DNA from: Chitinophagales bacterium
GTDB taxonomy: Bacteria > Bacteroidota > Bacteroidia > Chitinophagales > JADIYW01
Direction of reading: 5' to 3'
DNA: 64,000 bases
Assembly: GCA_023957245.1 (NCBI GenBank)
Contig: JAMLHJ010000001.1
Location: 145,273 to 209,272 of the forward strand
Shown: positions 10,539 to 21,046 of the stretch, piece by piece
Position numbering within the stretch: the first letter of the stretch is position 1
How the letters are laid out: each line of letters begins with the position of its first letter
Program-made: the position numbers and the translations under genes
Notes under the pieces: model-generated
What the model was told of the DNA's origin: nothing
What the model saw: the letters and a program-made list of their open reading frames with translations, nothing else
The model's database searches: none

Positions 10539-11592
10539 TAGTCGCATTATGAAGAATTGAATCATTTGAATAGATAATACTATATATCTGCTTTGCCATC
10601 ATCATACATCCACTATCTGTCAAATGACAAATATCATTATAATATGTTTTATTTTTTGGAATTATAGAATTCAACTCTATGAAAAAGACTTTGCTACTAT
10701 CCTTCCATGAACTCAAAATTTGATTATGAGCATCTACACAACTAGGTATATATCTATAATCTCCGTATATTTCAGTAGGCCATTTCTGCTCTTGATAATC
10801 CAACTCCTTCTTATAAAACCTTGTAAGACTATAATCATTGGGGGAATAATAAGCATAAGTGCTCAAGATTAAATTCTGATTAGGCACTTTGTTCTGAATG
10901 GCGTAAATCTCTTTCAAATTCTTGCTAAATGAAGTTATTGTTTTTATTTTTTTACCTTCTTCCCAATAACTGGCATCTAATACCTTATTATCTTTCACAA
11001 TATAATAAGGAGGAACATGAGGAGATTCCTTAATGAAGTTGAATAATTTTGTAGCAATAAAATTGAAACAAAAAGGCAATATAGAAATATGATTTTTGAT
11101 ATATTGCATATACAAATCAACTTCTTGGTAATACATAAAATGACGATAATCAATATCAAAATATTCCTTGGGAATATTATTGGCTCTGCAATCATTGAAT
11201 CCATCGTAAATGAATGTATAATCAAATTTTAAATCTGCTAAAAATTGTCTTTTTATTCTAGAGTCAAAAGAAGTCTGACCAGACCGTGCTAAATTATATA
11301 CTCTTATTTCCCTTTCATCATGTTTCATAGTCCTATTGATACTCCTCAACTCAAAATCCAAATCACAATATAAATCGGCTGTTACTGCACTTCCTCCTAA
11401 AACTAAGAGTTTTATCTTACTTTTATCTTCATAATATTTCTCTTTAACTCCATTTAATTCAGGATAAAAATGATATATCATGTTCTCTTTAGCAAATAAT
11501 GGCGTATCCCAAGCTATATAAAAATACAAACGAGCACATACTTCTAATAAAAAAAATATAAATAATAAATATAAGCCCAATCTGACTTTCAC
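10525..11592 (-). CDS. SGNH/GDSL-family hydrolase or O-acyltransferase with N-terminal membrane anchor
   Basis: Block I LGGS, block II NLARSG, block III DGFND, block V DICH. N-terminal hydrophobic helix. Confidence 0.7.
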   Translation of the reverse strand: MKVRLGLYLLFIFFLLEVCARLYFYIAWDTPLFAKENMIYHFYPELNGVKEKYYEDKSKIKLLVLGGSAVTADLYCDLDFELRSINRTMKHDEREIRVYNLARSGQTSFDSRIKRQFLADLKFDYTFIYDGFNDCRANNIPKEYFDIDYRHFMYYQEVDLYMQYIKNHISILPFCFNFIATKLFNFIKESPHVPPYYIVKDNKVLDASYWEEGKKIKTITSFSKNLKEIYAIQNKVPNQNLILSTYAYYSPNDYSLTRFYKKELDYQEQKWPTEIYGDYRYIPSCVDAHNQILSSWKDSSKVFFIELNSIIPKNKTYYNDICHLTDSGCMMMAKQIYSIIYSNDSILHNATNGIQ

Positions 11593-11720
11593 TGATAGTA
11601 TTTTATAGACAACAAGTTAAGTAATCTAAGAGAATTTAAAATATTTACTTTGTATAACGACCAAAGAAAAATATAAATCATTTCAATTTACATTATATTT
11701 AGGCTCAATAGTAATTTAGA

Positions 11721-12803
11721 GTGGAAAATAGAATACAGAAGTATAAAAATTATTTTCAAGGGAAAAGAGTATTAATAACTGGAAATACTGGCTTTAAAGG
11801 ATCGTGGCTAACTTTATTTATACTTCAGTTAGGCTCAAAAGTATTTGGCATATCCAATGAGCATCACAATAATGATATCCTTTTTAAATCTAGTAACATT
11901 AAAGAAAATATCCAACAATACTATTTAGATATCAATGATTTAAAATCATTAAAAGAGGCCATTAATGAAATTCAACCTGATGTAGTTTTTCATTTAGCAG
12001 CACAATCAATTACGCTAGAAGCATATAAAAATCCAATTGAAACTTTTCGTGTCAATGCTTTGGGACTTGCCAACCTATTGGAATGTTTTAGAAATTACAA
12101 AAAAAAATGTGACCTTATCATTATCACAAGTGACAAATGCTATAAAAACAATGAATGGGTATGGGGATATAGAGAAAATGACATTTTAGCTGGAGAAGAT
12201 CCATATAGTGCATCCAAAAGTATAGCAGAAATAATATTTAACTCTTATTATCAGACTTATTTCAAGTATCAAGATGACGTTCAAATGGTAAGTTGTCGAG
12301 CAGGAAATGTTATTGGTGGTGGAGATTGGAGCACTGGTCGTATTGTTCCAGATTGTATGAGAGCATGGAAAAATAAAAAAACATTAGAAATTCGTTCTCC
12401 CAAAAGTATCAGACCATGGAATGATATTCTAGACGTTATCTATGGATATACAATTTGTGCATCATTAATTAGAGAAAAATCTCTCAATGGAGAGTCTTTT
12501 AATATTGGCCCTCAACAAAATAAAGAATTGACAGTACTAGAATTAATAAATGGTGTATGGGAAAATTGGCCAGAAAAAGATTTTTTACATTTTTCTGTTA
12601 CTGAAGACAATCAAGTAGTTGAAAATGCATTTTTAAAACTGAATACTGATAAAATTGAACATACATTAAACTGGAAGCCACAGACTGATACTAAAGAAAT
12701 GTTTAAACGTACAGCAAAATGGTATTGGGAATTCCAACAACGACCGAATGAAATCAGAAACTATACAGATAATATTATCAGTGATTTTATTTCAAACCTA
12801 TGA
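11721..12803 (+). CDS. rfbG: CDP-glucose 4,6-dehydratase
   Basis: TGNTGFKGSWL, VFHLAAQ, TSDKCY, DPYSASK, RAGNVIGGGDW, RPW. Confidence 0.9.
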   Translation: MENRIQKYKNYFQGKRVLITGNTGFKGSWLTLFILQLGSKVFGISNEHHNNDILFKSSNIKENIQQYYLDINDLKSLKEAINEIQPDVVFHLAAQSITLEAYKNPIETFRVNALGLANLLECFRNYKKKCDLIIITSDKCYKNNEWVWGYRENDILAGEDPYSASKSIAEIIFNSYYQTYFKYQDDVQMVSCRAGNVIGGGDWSTGRIVPDCMRAWKNKKTLEIRSPKSIRPWNDILDVIYGYTICASLIREKSLNGESFNIGPQQNKELTVLELINGVWENWPEKDFLHFSVTEDNQVVENAFLKLNTDKIEHTLNWKPQTDTKEMFKRTAKWYWEFQQRPNEIRNYTDNIISDFISNL

Positions 12804-14023
12804 TAGATATTATTCATAAGTGTAGGTGCTGTGAAAGTAAAAACATTATACCAATCCATGATTTTGGAAAAGTACCTATTGCAGATCATTTAACAACAGA
12901 AAATACCCATATAGAGACTTTTCCATTATCCACAGTATTTTGTACAGATTGCTTCCATTTTCAAATCCTAGAAAACATTGCACCTACTATCCTATTTCAA
13001 AATAACTACCCCTATTATTCATCAAAAATTCCAGAAGTAGTACAACATTTTAAAACTACTTATCTTTCAATTCTTAAAAATATCTCAATCAATTCGGATG
13101 ACTCTATCATCGAAATAGCAGCTAATGATGGTGTATTAATTACACAATTTAGCTCTCATTCAACTCAACTTGTAGCTATTGAACCATCTAAAGAACACGC
13201 TCTCATAACTCAGAAAAAGGGAATTCAAACTTTTAATCAATTTTTCAACAAAGAAAATGCAACTACTATCTTCAAACAGTTGAGAAAATATCCAAGATTA
13301 ATTCTGGCTTGCAATGTTTTAGCCCATGTACCTGACCCTAAGGATTTTGTAGAAGGCTTGACTATTCTTTCTGATTATGAAACAAATATTGTTATAGAAG
13401 TTCCTCATGCTTTGCCCATGTTCAAAAATGGTCTCTTCGATGTAATATTTCACCAACATTTCTCTTATTTTAATTTATACTCAATCAAAAAATTATTTGA
13501 AAAATATCATTTTTTCATAAATCACGTTGAACAAATTGACACTCAAGGAGGAAGTTTAAGAATTTACATTTCAAAAAATAAAATTAAAGACAATACTATT
13601 CATCTGATTTTAAAAGAAGAGCAAGATTTCCATCTTTATGATTTACAAATATATCATCAATTTTCAGAAAGAATAAAACAGTTAAAAATTGACACCATAC
13701 TACTTCTTCAAAACCTAAAAAGTAGTCAAAATACAGTTGTTGGTTATGGTGCACCAGGAAAAGCTTCAAATTATTTAAATTATTTTGGAATCAATAAGAT
13801 TTTTTTTGATGCCTTAATTGATATAAGCCCATCTAAACAAGGTAAATATTTTCCCAATACTGATTTAAAGATTTATTCTTTAGATTATTTCAAAGACCAT
13901 GAAATTGACTATATATTTATTCTTTCATGGAATTATGCAGAAACAATCATATCCAATCTCAACTATCTAAGAGAAAAAGGGACAAGATTTATTATAGGAA
14001 TACCTCAATTAAATATTATTTAA
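12800..14023 (+). CDS. NDP-hexose C-methyltransferase (class I SAM with N-terminal Zn motif)
   Basis: CRCC and CTDC zinc motifs, EIAANDG, NVLAHVP, HQHFSYF, GGSLR, GYGAPGKA, KQGKYFP, LSWNY. Confidence 0.88.
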   Translation: MIDIIHKCRCCESKNIIPIHDFGKVPIADHLTTENTHIETFPLSTVFCTDCFHFQILENIAPTILFQNNYPYYSSKIPEVVQHFKTTYLSILKNISINSDDSIIEIAANDGVLITQFSSHSTQLVAIEPSKEHALITQKKGIQTFNQFFNKENATTIFKQLRKYPRLILACNVLAHVPDPKDFVEGLTILSDYETNIVIEVPHALPMFKNGLFDVIFHQHFSYFNLYSIKKLFEKYHFFINHVEQIDTQGGSLRIYISKNKIKDNTIHLILKEEQDFHLYDLQIYHQFSERIKQLKIDTILLLQNLKSSQNTVVGYGAPGKASNYLNYFGINKIFFDALIDISPSKQGKYFPNTDLKIYSLDYFKDHEIDYIFILSWNYAETIISNLNYLREKGTRFIIGIPQLNII

Positions 14024-14049
14024 TCGAATTTCAAAAAATCTATATTGAA

Positions 14050-15393
14050 TTACCTTGCTTGAAATGAACGTTTATTATTTATTTCCTGCTGGATACTTTG
14101 ATCTAAAGAAGGCTTGGACATACTAAACAAGAAATTATAATGCGCTCTATAAAGAGCTGACAATGAACCATATTCAATATATGGATATCCATATTTTTCA
14201 CAAAGTGGTTTCACAATCTTCCTTAACTCTCTCAGATTTTCTACTGGAACAAAAGCATTAAGATGATGCTCTATCTGAATATTAAATCCACCAGAAAGAA
14301 AAAACCAAAATTTACTATTTGGAGCAAAATTAGTAGTATTGTGACAGACATAATATGCAAACTTATTCTTCATCTCATCAGGAATCTCCTGATTGGCTAT
14401 AGGTGTAAAATGATTGATTGCAGCACCCATATACACAAATGAGAATAAAATACATTGAAAGAGCAAATACAGCCCTAGAAAATGAAGAAAACTACCATGC
14501 AAAATCCAAGGTAAAATCAAAAACACCAGTACAGTTACCAAGATAGAAACATTGTGATGCAATGCTACTCTTCTATTCTTATTCTTCCAAAAACTAGTAA
14601 ATATCCCTCCAATTGTAGTAATAATATTGGCATAGAACATATACCACAAGAACGATATGCGATGTTGTATCTTATGAATCGTCCTATGTTGAACTAGCCC
14701 AGAATACCGTACAAAATGAGAAAAAGCCATTACTTCATAATCATGATCTGGATCGCCAATCTTGATATGATGACTATTGTGTTCATATATTAACGCTCTT
14801 CTGGAAATAAATGGCCATAATATTGGCCAAACACCAATGAGCAAATAACGCAATAATTTATTCTCTGGAAAGACTCTATGTGTATGTTCATGAGCTAGCA
14901 AACCAAATAATGAAGTAGATAATAATGCTTGAATGACGACGAGAGGAATCGCCCATCCAATATTCAATTTAAAATAAAATACACTAACAACAATTGCTAT
15001 ATTCAATAATAAAAAGCTGGCTCGAATTGTATGAAATATTCTTTTTTTTTCCTTTTTGACTTGAAATAAATTTTTACGTTGACAAGCTTTAACTAATTCA
15101 TCAAAAAATGGTTCTTCAAATGCAGCCTCATCTACTCTCTCATGCTCTGGTAAAATACCTATTTTATAAGGACTCAGGTATTCATATATTTTATTATTTC
15201 TGCCATGCCTAGTCTGAAAAAAACTAGTTGCATCTTCCCCTGCCCTACTCAATAAAATTTCAGAACCTCCAGGGTGTTTTTGAAGAAAATCAGTGATATT
15301 ATAAACTTGATTAAAAACAATAATCCAACAATCTTTTGAAGAATTGTGAAGAAGAATCTCAGATTTAGAAAATTCCTTTACATGATTCTCCAT
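14050..15393 (-). CDS. Cytochrome b5-fused front-end-type fatty acid/sphingolipid desaturase
   Basis: N-terminal b5 domain (DCWIV...HPGG...AGEDAT..F..H). His boxes HEHTH, HNSHH and QIEHH. Confidence 0.88.
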   Translation of the reverse strand: MENHVKEFSKSEILLHNSSKDCWIIVFNQVYNITDFLQKHPGGSEILLSRAGEDATSFFQTRHGRNNKIYEYLSPYKIGILPEHERVDEAAFEEPFFDELVKACQRKNLFQVKKEKKRIFHTIRASFLLLNIAIVVSVFYFKLNIGWAIPLVVIQALLSTSLFGLLAHEHTHRVFPENKLLRYLLIGVWPILWPFISRRALIYEHNSHHIKIGDPDHDYEVMAFSHFVRYSGLVQHRTIHKIQHRISFLWYMFYANIITTIGGIFTSFWKNKNRRVALHHNVSILVTVLVFLILPWILHGSFLHFLGLYLLFQCILFSFVYMGAAINHFTPIANQEIPDEMKNKFAYYVCHNTTNFAPNSKFWFFLSGGFNIQIEHHLNAFVPVENLRELRKIVKPLCEKYGYPYIEYGSLSALYRAHYNFLFSMSKPSLDQSIQQEINNKRSFQAR

Positions 15394-15519
15394 AGCAATT
15401 GATATCTTTTATACACCTTTAAAAAATCATTAGATTAGAAAATAAAAGTAATATAATTATATCAGATTAGAGAGACTGATGAAGTTATTACAATATTAAG
15501 GATAAAATTATCCTATTTA

Positions 15520-16299
15520 TTAAGGCAAAAACTTCACTCTTCTTTGGATAGGCAAATATAATCTCCAGATAGCTGAAAAAATCTTACATAAAGGTTCATG
15601 AGTAAACTCAGGTAAAGCTCTGAATATTGGCCATTGCTTATAAAAATATATAAAACTTTGACTTCCCAAACCACGTGCACAGATTTCGTTTTTGCGATGT
15701 TCTATAGCTTTTGGCACAAAATCAAACATTAATATAAAACGTCTCCCATCAGTATTATTCCACACCCAATGTTGAACTACATTCATAAAGCAAAACATTT
15801 TACCTTCCTCCCAACCATGTTCTTCTCCACCAGCATGAATTGCTATTTCAGGATATGGTGCAGGGACAATCAAGCCTAAGTGACCGCGAACTATACCATT
15901 GGTGTCACCATAGTGAGGATTAATTTTAGTGTGAGGGGACAACATATTGATACTTGTAAAAACAATATTTGGTATCTGATTTATAATGCTCATTGTAAAA
16001 GGAAACTGAGCCATATTCTTATGATAATACCTATTGAAACTCTTTAAATACATCAAATTCCAATATCCTCCTTCCACTTCTGCAGGAGAAACAGAACTCA
16101 TGACCTTATGGTTCTTATGTTTATTCTCATAAGCAAGGACTTCATCTCTTATTTTCTCCCAATTATCCACTAAAGGTTGTAACTCTGGAAAATTTTCAGG
16201 ATCATAAAAAGGTTTATGTTTACCATGATACTCTTCATGAGGTGGGCGTAAAAAAACTAGCTCTTCACCTTCTGGCCACTCATATTTCACCTTAATCAT
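15520..16299 (-). CDS. Aspartyl/asparaginyl beta-hydroxylase (AspH/LpxO-family Fe/2OG dioxygenase) 1
   Basis: NWEKIRDE, PHYGDTNG.VRGHLGL.VP, WEEGK, HWVWNNTD..R.ILMFD. Confidence 0.85.
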   Translation of the reverse strand: MIKVKYEWPEGEELVFLRPPHEEYHGKHKPFYDPENFPELQPLVDNWEKIRDEVLAYENKHKNHKVMSSVSPAEVEGGYWNLMYLKSFNRYYHKNMAQFPFTMSIINQIPNIVFTSINMLSPHTKINPHYGDTNGIVRGHLGLIVPAPYPEIAIHAGGEEHGWEEGKMFCFMNVVQHWVWNNTDGRRFILMFDFVPKAIEHRKNEICARGLGSQSFIYFYKQWPIFRALPEFTHEPLCKIFSAIWRLYLPIQRRVKFLP

Positions 16300-16457
16300 A
16301 ACTGAATTTCTTATTGAAATAAATGTAATAAGAAGTAGTGAAAATTATAAGTAAAATTGAGCTTAATTTTAAAAAATGACACTTTTTATACTAAAGTCAA
16401 ATACTTATTATTGAAAGTATAGCAAATCAATTACCTTAGTCAAATAAGTATTTCAAA

Positions 16458-17450
16458 TTGTATCATGTTGCACTTATAGGATATGGATATTGGGGAGTAA
16501 ATCTCCTTAGAAACCTTAATAGCAATATAAAGGTTTCAAAAATAACAGTATGTGATATTAATGATGAAATGTTGCTTGTCGCAAAAAAGAATCATCCTAA
16601 TATCCAGACAACGAAAAGCCTTGATGAGATATGGACAGACTTGTCAATTGATATTGTAGTGATTGCTACTCCCACCTCAACTCATTATTCTCTAGCTAAG
16701 CAAGCATTAGCTTCTCACAAACATACCTTAGTTGAAAAACCACTTTGCACAGATTCATTACAAGCGACAGAATTATTTGATTTAGCTAAAAAAAATAATA
16801 AAATACTATTTTGCGACTTGACATTTCTATATAATGGAGCTGTTGAATATATCCATAATTATATCAGCAATTGTCATATTGGCAATATAAAGTATATTGA
16901 TTCAACGAGAGTCAATTTAGGTATATACCATGCTGATACAAATGTAATATGGGATTTAGCAACACATGATATTTCTATTATACAAAAAATAATACAGACA
17001 GGACCTATTCAAGTAAGGGCTATCAGTAATCAATCTTCTAATAAGAACATTGACTTAGTATATATCTTTTTATATTATCCTAATGATATGCTAGTACAGA
17101 TCAACTGTTCATGGGCTTCTCCAACGAAAATAAGGCAAATGATTATAGGAGGAGAAAGCAAAATGATTATCTATGACGATGTAGAACCTACTCAAAAAAT
17201 AAAAATCTATAATTATATAAAGAGTGATAATGATAGAAATTCAACATTGACAGATTATAGATTAGGAGATATTTTAGTTCCAAAATTTTCAACTGAAGAG
17301 CCCTTGAAGAAAATGTTTGAAGATTTTTTTCAGTGTATTGAACAAAAACAATATATCCATGTCTTTCCGAACGATATTATTGAAATTATCAGAATTTTGG
17401 AAAAAGCTGAAGAATCATTGAATAAAAATGGAGAATTAATTGATTTGTGA
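16458..17450 (+). CDS. Gfo/Idh/MocA-family NAD-dependent oxidoreductase
   Basis: IGYGYWG.NLLRN, HTLVEKPL, WDLATHDIS, SWASP.K.R. TTG start. Confidence 0.88.
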   Translation: MYHVALIGYGYWGVNLLRNLNSNIKVSKITVCDINDEMLLVAKKNHPNIQTTKSLDEIWTDLSIDIVVIATPTSTHYSLAKQALASHKHTLVEKPLCTDSLQATELFDLAKKNNKILFCDLTFLYNGAVEYIHNYISNCHIGNIKYIDSTRVNLGIYHADTNVIWDLATHDISIIQKIIQTGPIQVRAISNQSSNKNIDLVYIFLYYPNDMLVQINCSWASPTKIRQMIIGGESKMIIYDDVEPTQKIKIYNYIKSDNDRNSTLTDYRLGDILVPKFSTEEPLKKMFEDFFQCIEQKQYIHVFPNDIIEIIRILEKAEESLNKNGELIDL

Positions 17451-17458
17451 TATTTTTA

Positions 17459-18154
17459 TCAATTGACTTTATACTTTGAAACTGTCAAATACAAGTGAAA
17501 TACTTCCATAATAGCTTTCTTTAACGTATTCCAACTCCCTCCCTTTGCTTGACCAAATTCTCTTCTCAGATATTGTGAAGGATAATCAAAATGACGATAT
17601 CCTTGTTTAATTAGTTTAGCACAAATTTCTGATTCTACTAAAGAACTATTTAATTGTCTATGTTGCTTACTCAATTGTTCTAATCTATATACTTTTATCC
17701 AATTGACATCAGGAACATTCAGCTTCAAAATTCTTTTGTTGAACTGTTGATTAAAACTAGTAAGAAAACTTCTATAAAGATTATAATCTTTTGACAATCT
17801 GTAAAACGTAACAAATTCATTAAATCCAAATTCATTGACATTGCTTAATTCATTGACATCAAACTGTCCATCTCCAGGAACTGCACATACGTATTGATTT
17901 ACAGCCAAATCGTATCCTTTATTTAATGCGTTCCCTATACCTTGATTATACTCCAGATTTATAATCGATAAATTTGAGAATTTTCCAATAAACGATTGTA
18001 TAACATCAGCAGTTTTATCTGTACTGCCATCGTTGATAATAATAATTTCAGAGCCAAAATAATTAGGTGTAGATAGCCAATTAATTACATCTTGAATAGT
18101 TTTAGCAATATTAAATTCTTCATTGTAACAAAAAATAATAATACTCCACTTCAT
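17459..18154 (-). CDS. GT2 glycosyltransferase (DPM1-like)
   Basis: CYNEE, INDGSTD, NQGIG, PGDGQFD, R..GQAKG. Confidence 0.85.
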   Translation of the reverse strand: MKWSIIIFCYNEEFNIAKTIQDVINWLSTPNYFGSEIIIINDGSTDKTADVIQSFIGKFSNLSIINLEYNQGIGNALNKGYDLAVNQYVCAVPGDGQFDVNELSNVNEFGFNEFVTFYRLSKDYNLYRSFLTSFNQQFNKRILKLNVPDVNWIKVYRLEQLSKQHRQLNSSLVESEICAKLIKQGYRHFDYPSQYLRREFGQAKGGSWNTLKKAIMEVFHLYLTVSKYKVN

Positions 18155-18214
18155 TTTAAAATATTGAACTATTTATAGACTGCTTTGAGTTTTAAAAAAT
18201 AATGGTTATCAAAA

Positions 18215-19855
18215 TTACACACTAGAGACATTTGATTTCTCTTCCTTTCGTTCAGTATTGCTTTCATTCAATTGGACAACTTTTCCATTCAAGTATAAAA
18301 CTTTTGGTATAGGAGTATTAGCATACACCTTAGCAATACGATAATTACTATATCCAATTTTTCTTAAGTAGAACTTGAAAATATTCTTTAAATAAAAAAT
18401 AGCATAAGTAGAAAATTCGACATTCATATCCTTAAATCCTGCATAAACATCTATAATCTGCCCTAAAAAATTTTTGATAGGTCTTGGTATCCATGCGACT
18501 GAACTTTCAGTCATTCTTTCTCGTATAAATCTTGGCATTGATGGAAGAATTCTATAAATAAATTCATAATTAACATAAATTCTTACCAATTCAGGATTTT
18601 TAATATTGTCTTGATTTCTAAAGAAATAGAAATCTTCACCATGATTCAATCGCTTCAATTCCTCATCATTGACAATACCATCTTTATATGCTTCAAATAG
18701 CATCTCTGTCCCTGGCAAAAATGCAGTCCAAAAGGTTTGTATTCTATAAGGAGTATATTTTTTGTATAAATTCAAAGCCTTTTCTTGCGCATCAATTGCT
18801 TCCCCTGGAAGAGCCAACATTTGATCAACTTTAACTTTCAATTTATATTTTTTCATTAATTCCAATGCTAATATAATCTGTTCAGATTTTTCCCTTCTTT
18901 GTAAAATATTGGTTTTAAAATCTTCATCCATAGACTGAATACCCATTTGAATCCATTTACAACCAGCATCACTCAAAGCTTTTGCAATTTCTTCATCAAA
19001 ATATTTTGCATGAACTAAAATATTAAATGGTAAAGCTATTTCACGCTGATATACTTCACAAAATTCTAGCAACCATTGTTTATCTACAGTAAATACATCA
19101 TCTTGAAAATCAACAGATTTCAATTTATATCTTTCTTTTGCCCATTTTAATTCTCCAATGACATGAGCAACACTTCTATGTCGGACGTACTTACCCCTTT
19201 TCCCTTCTGGCAAACGAGCAAAAAAGTTATTAAAACAAAAAGTACATGTATAGGGGCAACCACGAGAAGCCAATATCAAATAATTATCTCGTAGATTGAC
19301 GTAAGGTTCCCAAATCGTTTTTTCTGGATATGGAAACTCATCTAATTCCTGATGAAAACCGACTTGTCTTCCTTTGACTAATTGACCATTATTATCCAAA
19401 TATTGAGTATTATTGATTGGTAATCCTCTCCCTCCAGCTTGAATATCTTCCAAAATATCCAAAATAGCTTGTTCCCCTTCTCCTACTACTGCATAGTCAA
19501 CTTCATCATAAGATAAGCAAACTTCTGGAACAGCTGAAGTATGAACTCCACCAAAAATTGTTTTAATATGTGGATGATGCTTTTTTACTTCCTTTATTAT
19601 CTTAATTGACCATTGAAAAGTGGCAGTCAAGGCTCCAAAAGCAATTACATCAGGTTTTTTCTCAATAATGTCTTTTATAATGACATTAGTTTCATCAAAA
19701 AAACGATTCAACCATGGTATCTCCAAATTAAATCTATCGTGGAATAATGAAGCTGTAAAAGCTAAGTCAATTTCATGACCTGCTTCTTTTACAATCGATG
19801 CTAACTGACTAATTCCTAACTGTTCAGAACCTATCCCAAGAAACAATACTTTCAT
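18215..19855 (-). CDS. Cobalamin-binding radical SAM protein, copy B
   Basis: RGCPYTCTFC and a B12 domain. Shares long identical blocks (LFHDRFNLEIPWLN, GEDFYFFRN) with 3615-5225. Confidence 0.9.
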   Translation of the reverse strand: MKVLFLGIGSEQLGISQLASIVKEAGHEIDLAFTASLFHDRFNLEIPWLNRFFDETNVIIKDIIEKKPDVIAFGALTATFQWSIKIIKEVKKHHPHIKTIFGGVHTSAVPEVCLSYDEVDYAVVGEGEQAILDILEDIQAGGRGLPINNTQYLDNNGQLVKGRQVGFHQELDEFPYPEKTIWEPYVNLRDNYLILASRGCPYTCTFCFNNFFARLPEGKRGKYVRHRSVAHVIGELKWAKERYKLKSVDFQDDVFTVDKQWLLEFCEVYQREIALPFNILVHAKYFDEEIAKALSDAGCKWIQMGIQSMDEDFKTNILQRREKSEQIILALELMKKYKLKVKVDQMLALPGEAIDAQEKALNLYKKYTPYRIQTFWTAFLPGTEMLFEAYKDGIVNDEELKRLNHGEDFYFFRNQDNIKNPELVRIYVNYEFIYRILPSMPRFIRERMTESSVAWIPRPIKNFLGQIIDVYAGFKDMNVEFSTYAIFYLKNIFKFYLRKIGYSNYRIAKVYANTPIPKVLYLNGKVVQLNESNTERKEEKSNVSSV

Positions 19856-19978
19856 TATAAAAACTTCACTACGTAAAAATGAATAAATTTAAGTAATTGT
19901 TATATAAATTGTCAAATAATAACGAATACAGTTAGTCGTAATGTTTTGAAAAATGTAAGATATCACAGAAATATTGAG

Positions 19979-21001
19979 TTAAAAAGAGCCTGAAATATAA
20001 AACACAGTAATAATACTACCCTGAACTGATCTTTTAGCAACAACCAAAAACTCATTATGGAATTTTATGGGCATTGAAAATATCAATTCATTTTGAAGAT
20101 TACCAACACTTTGTATTGAGCAATATTTTATTTCTTTAAACTCAAACTTATCAATTGACTTCTTTACAAAAATATCAGCGTAGAATAATATTTTGTTCAA
20201 TGAAAAATCATTTGATTGGACTACCATATTGTCTTCTTGCGTCAAAGACAACATGGGCAAAATATGAAAAACATTTTCTGAGCCAATAGGTCTAAAACCT
20301 ACATCTTGAAATATTTTCTGAACATAAGCATTCTCATTTCTTGCACCAAATGCAAAATGAGATAAACCATTATCAACACAAAAATTTTTGATATACCTGA
20401 GCATATCTAAAAAATAGCCTCCTTTGCGAAAGGGTTCTAATATCCCTCCAATGTGAGACTCTAACCCTCCATCAATAATATTTAAAGCAAAAAAACCTAC
20501 ATAATTACCATTATGATTCATAAATAAGATAGAATTTTCCGATCTAAAACTATTTAAGTTGTTTCTTTTGTAAAACTTAAAAACACTTTCTATTTCAGAA
20601 TCCTTGTTGACAAGATGTTTCAAGTATGGCGTTCTATAATAACCTAAAGGATAGTCTCCCCATGTCCCTTTTAACATTTCCATGAGCAATTCTTCTTGTG
20701 AACCATCATACACCTCATAAGTCATATCAGGATGAACAAACTCGCCCTCAGGCTTACTTTTAATAGGAGTTTTGTATCTTCTTATACTGCCAGAAAAGAA
20801 AAACGGCATACCCATCAAATGTAGCTTATCAGATGCTAACTCATCTTCTGCTGGAATTTTCAATCTACACAAATCATATTGCCCCTCAACAATCTCTTTC
20901 AAAAGTGATGTAGAATCAAAATTATCCTCATTATATCTACTTACTTTAAAACCTAAAACATCCGTTTCATTTTGAGACAGCCAGACTTTCTTATCATCCA
21001 T
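19979..21001 (-). CDS. GNAT-fold acyltransferase, WecD-like
   Basis: N-terminal ETDVLGFKVSR resembles the WecD partial domain. C-terminal GNAT core with RKGGYF (acetyl-CoA loop) and N..VQKIFQDVGF. Confidence 0.55.
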   Translation of the reverse strand: MDDKKVWLSQNETDVLGFKVSRYNEDNFDSTSLLKEIVEGQYDLCRLKIPAEDELASDKLHLMGMPFFFSGSIRRYKTPIKSKPEGEFVHPDMTYEVYDGSQEELLMEMLKGTWGDYPLGYYRTPYLKHLVNKDSEIESVFKFYKRNNLNSFRSENSILFMNHNGNYVGFFALNIIDGGLESHIGGILEPFRKGGYFLDMLRYIKNFCVDNGLSHFAFGARNENAYVQKIFQDVGFRPIGSENVFHILPMLSLTQEDNMVVQSNDFSLNKILFYADIFVKKSIDKFEFKEIKYCSIQSVGNLQNELIFSMPIKFHNEFLVVAKRSVQGSIITVFYISGSF

Positions 21002-21046
21002 ACTTCTATATCTTTACTGGTCAAATATACAAATCTATAAACAGGA

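Noticed and set aside
16395-16455. 11-bp inverted repeat (AAATACTTATT / AATAAGTATTT) in the divergent gap before the Gfo/Idh/MocA gene
   Set aside because: Very AT-rich, so plausible by chance. No second instance or cognate regulator was found to support an operator or invertible promoter.
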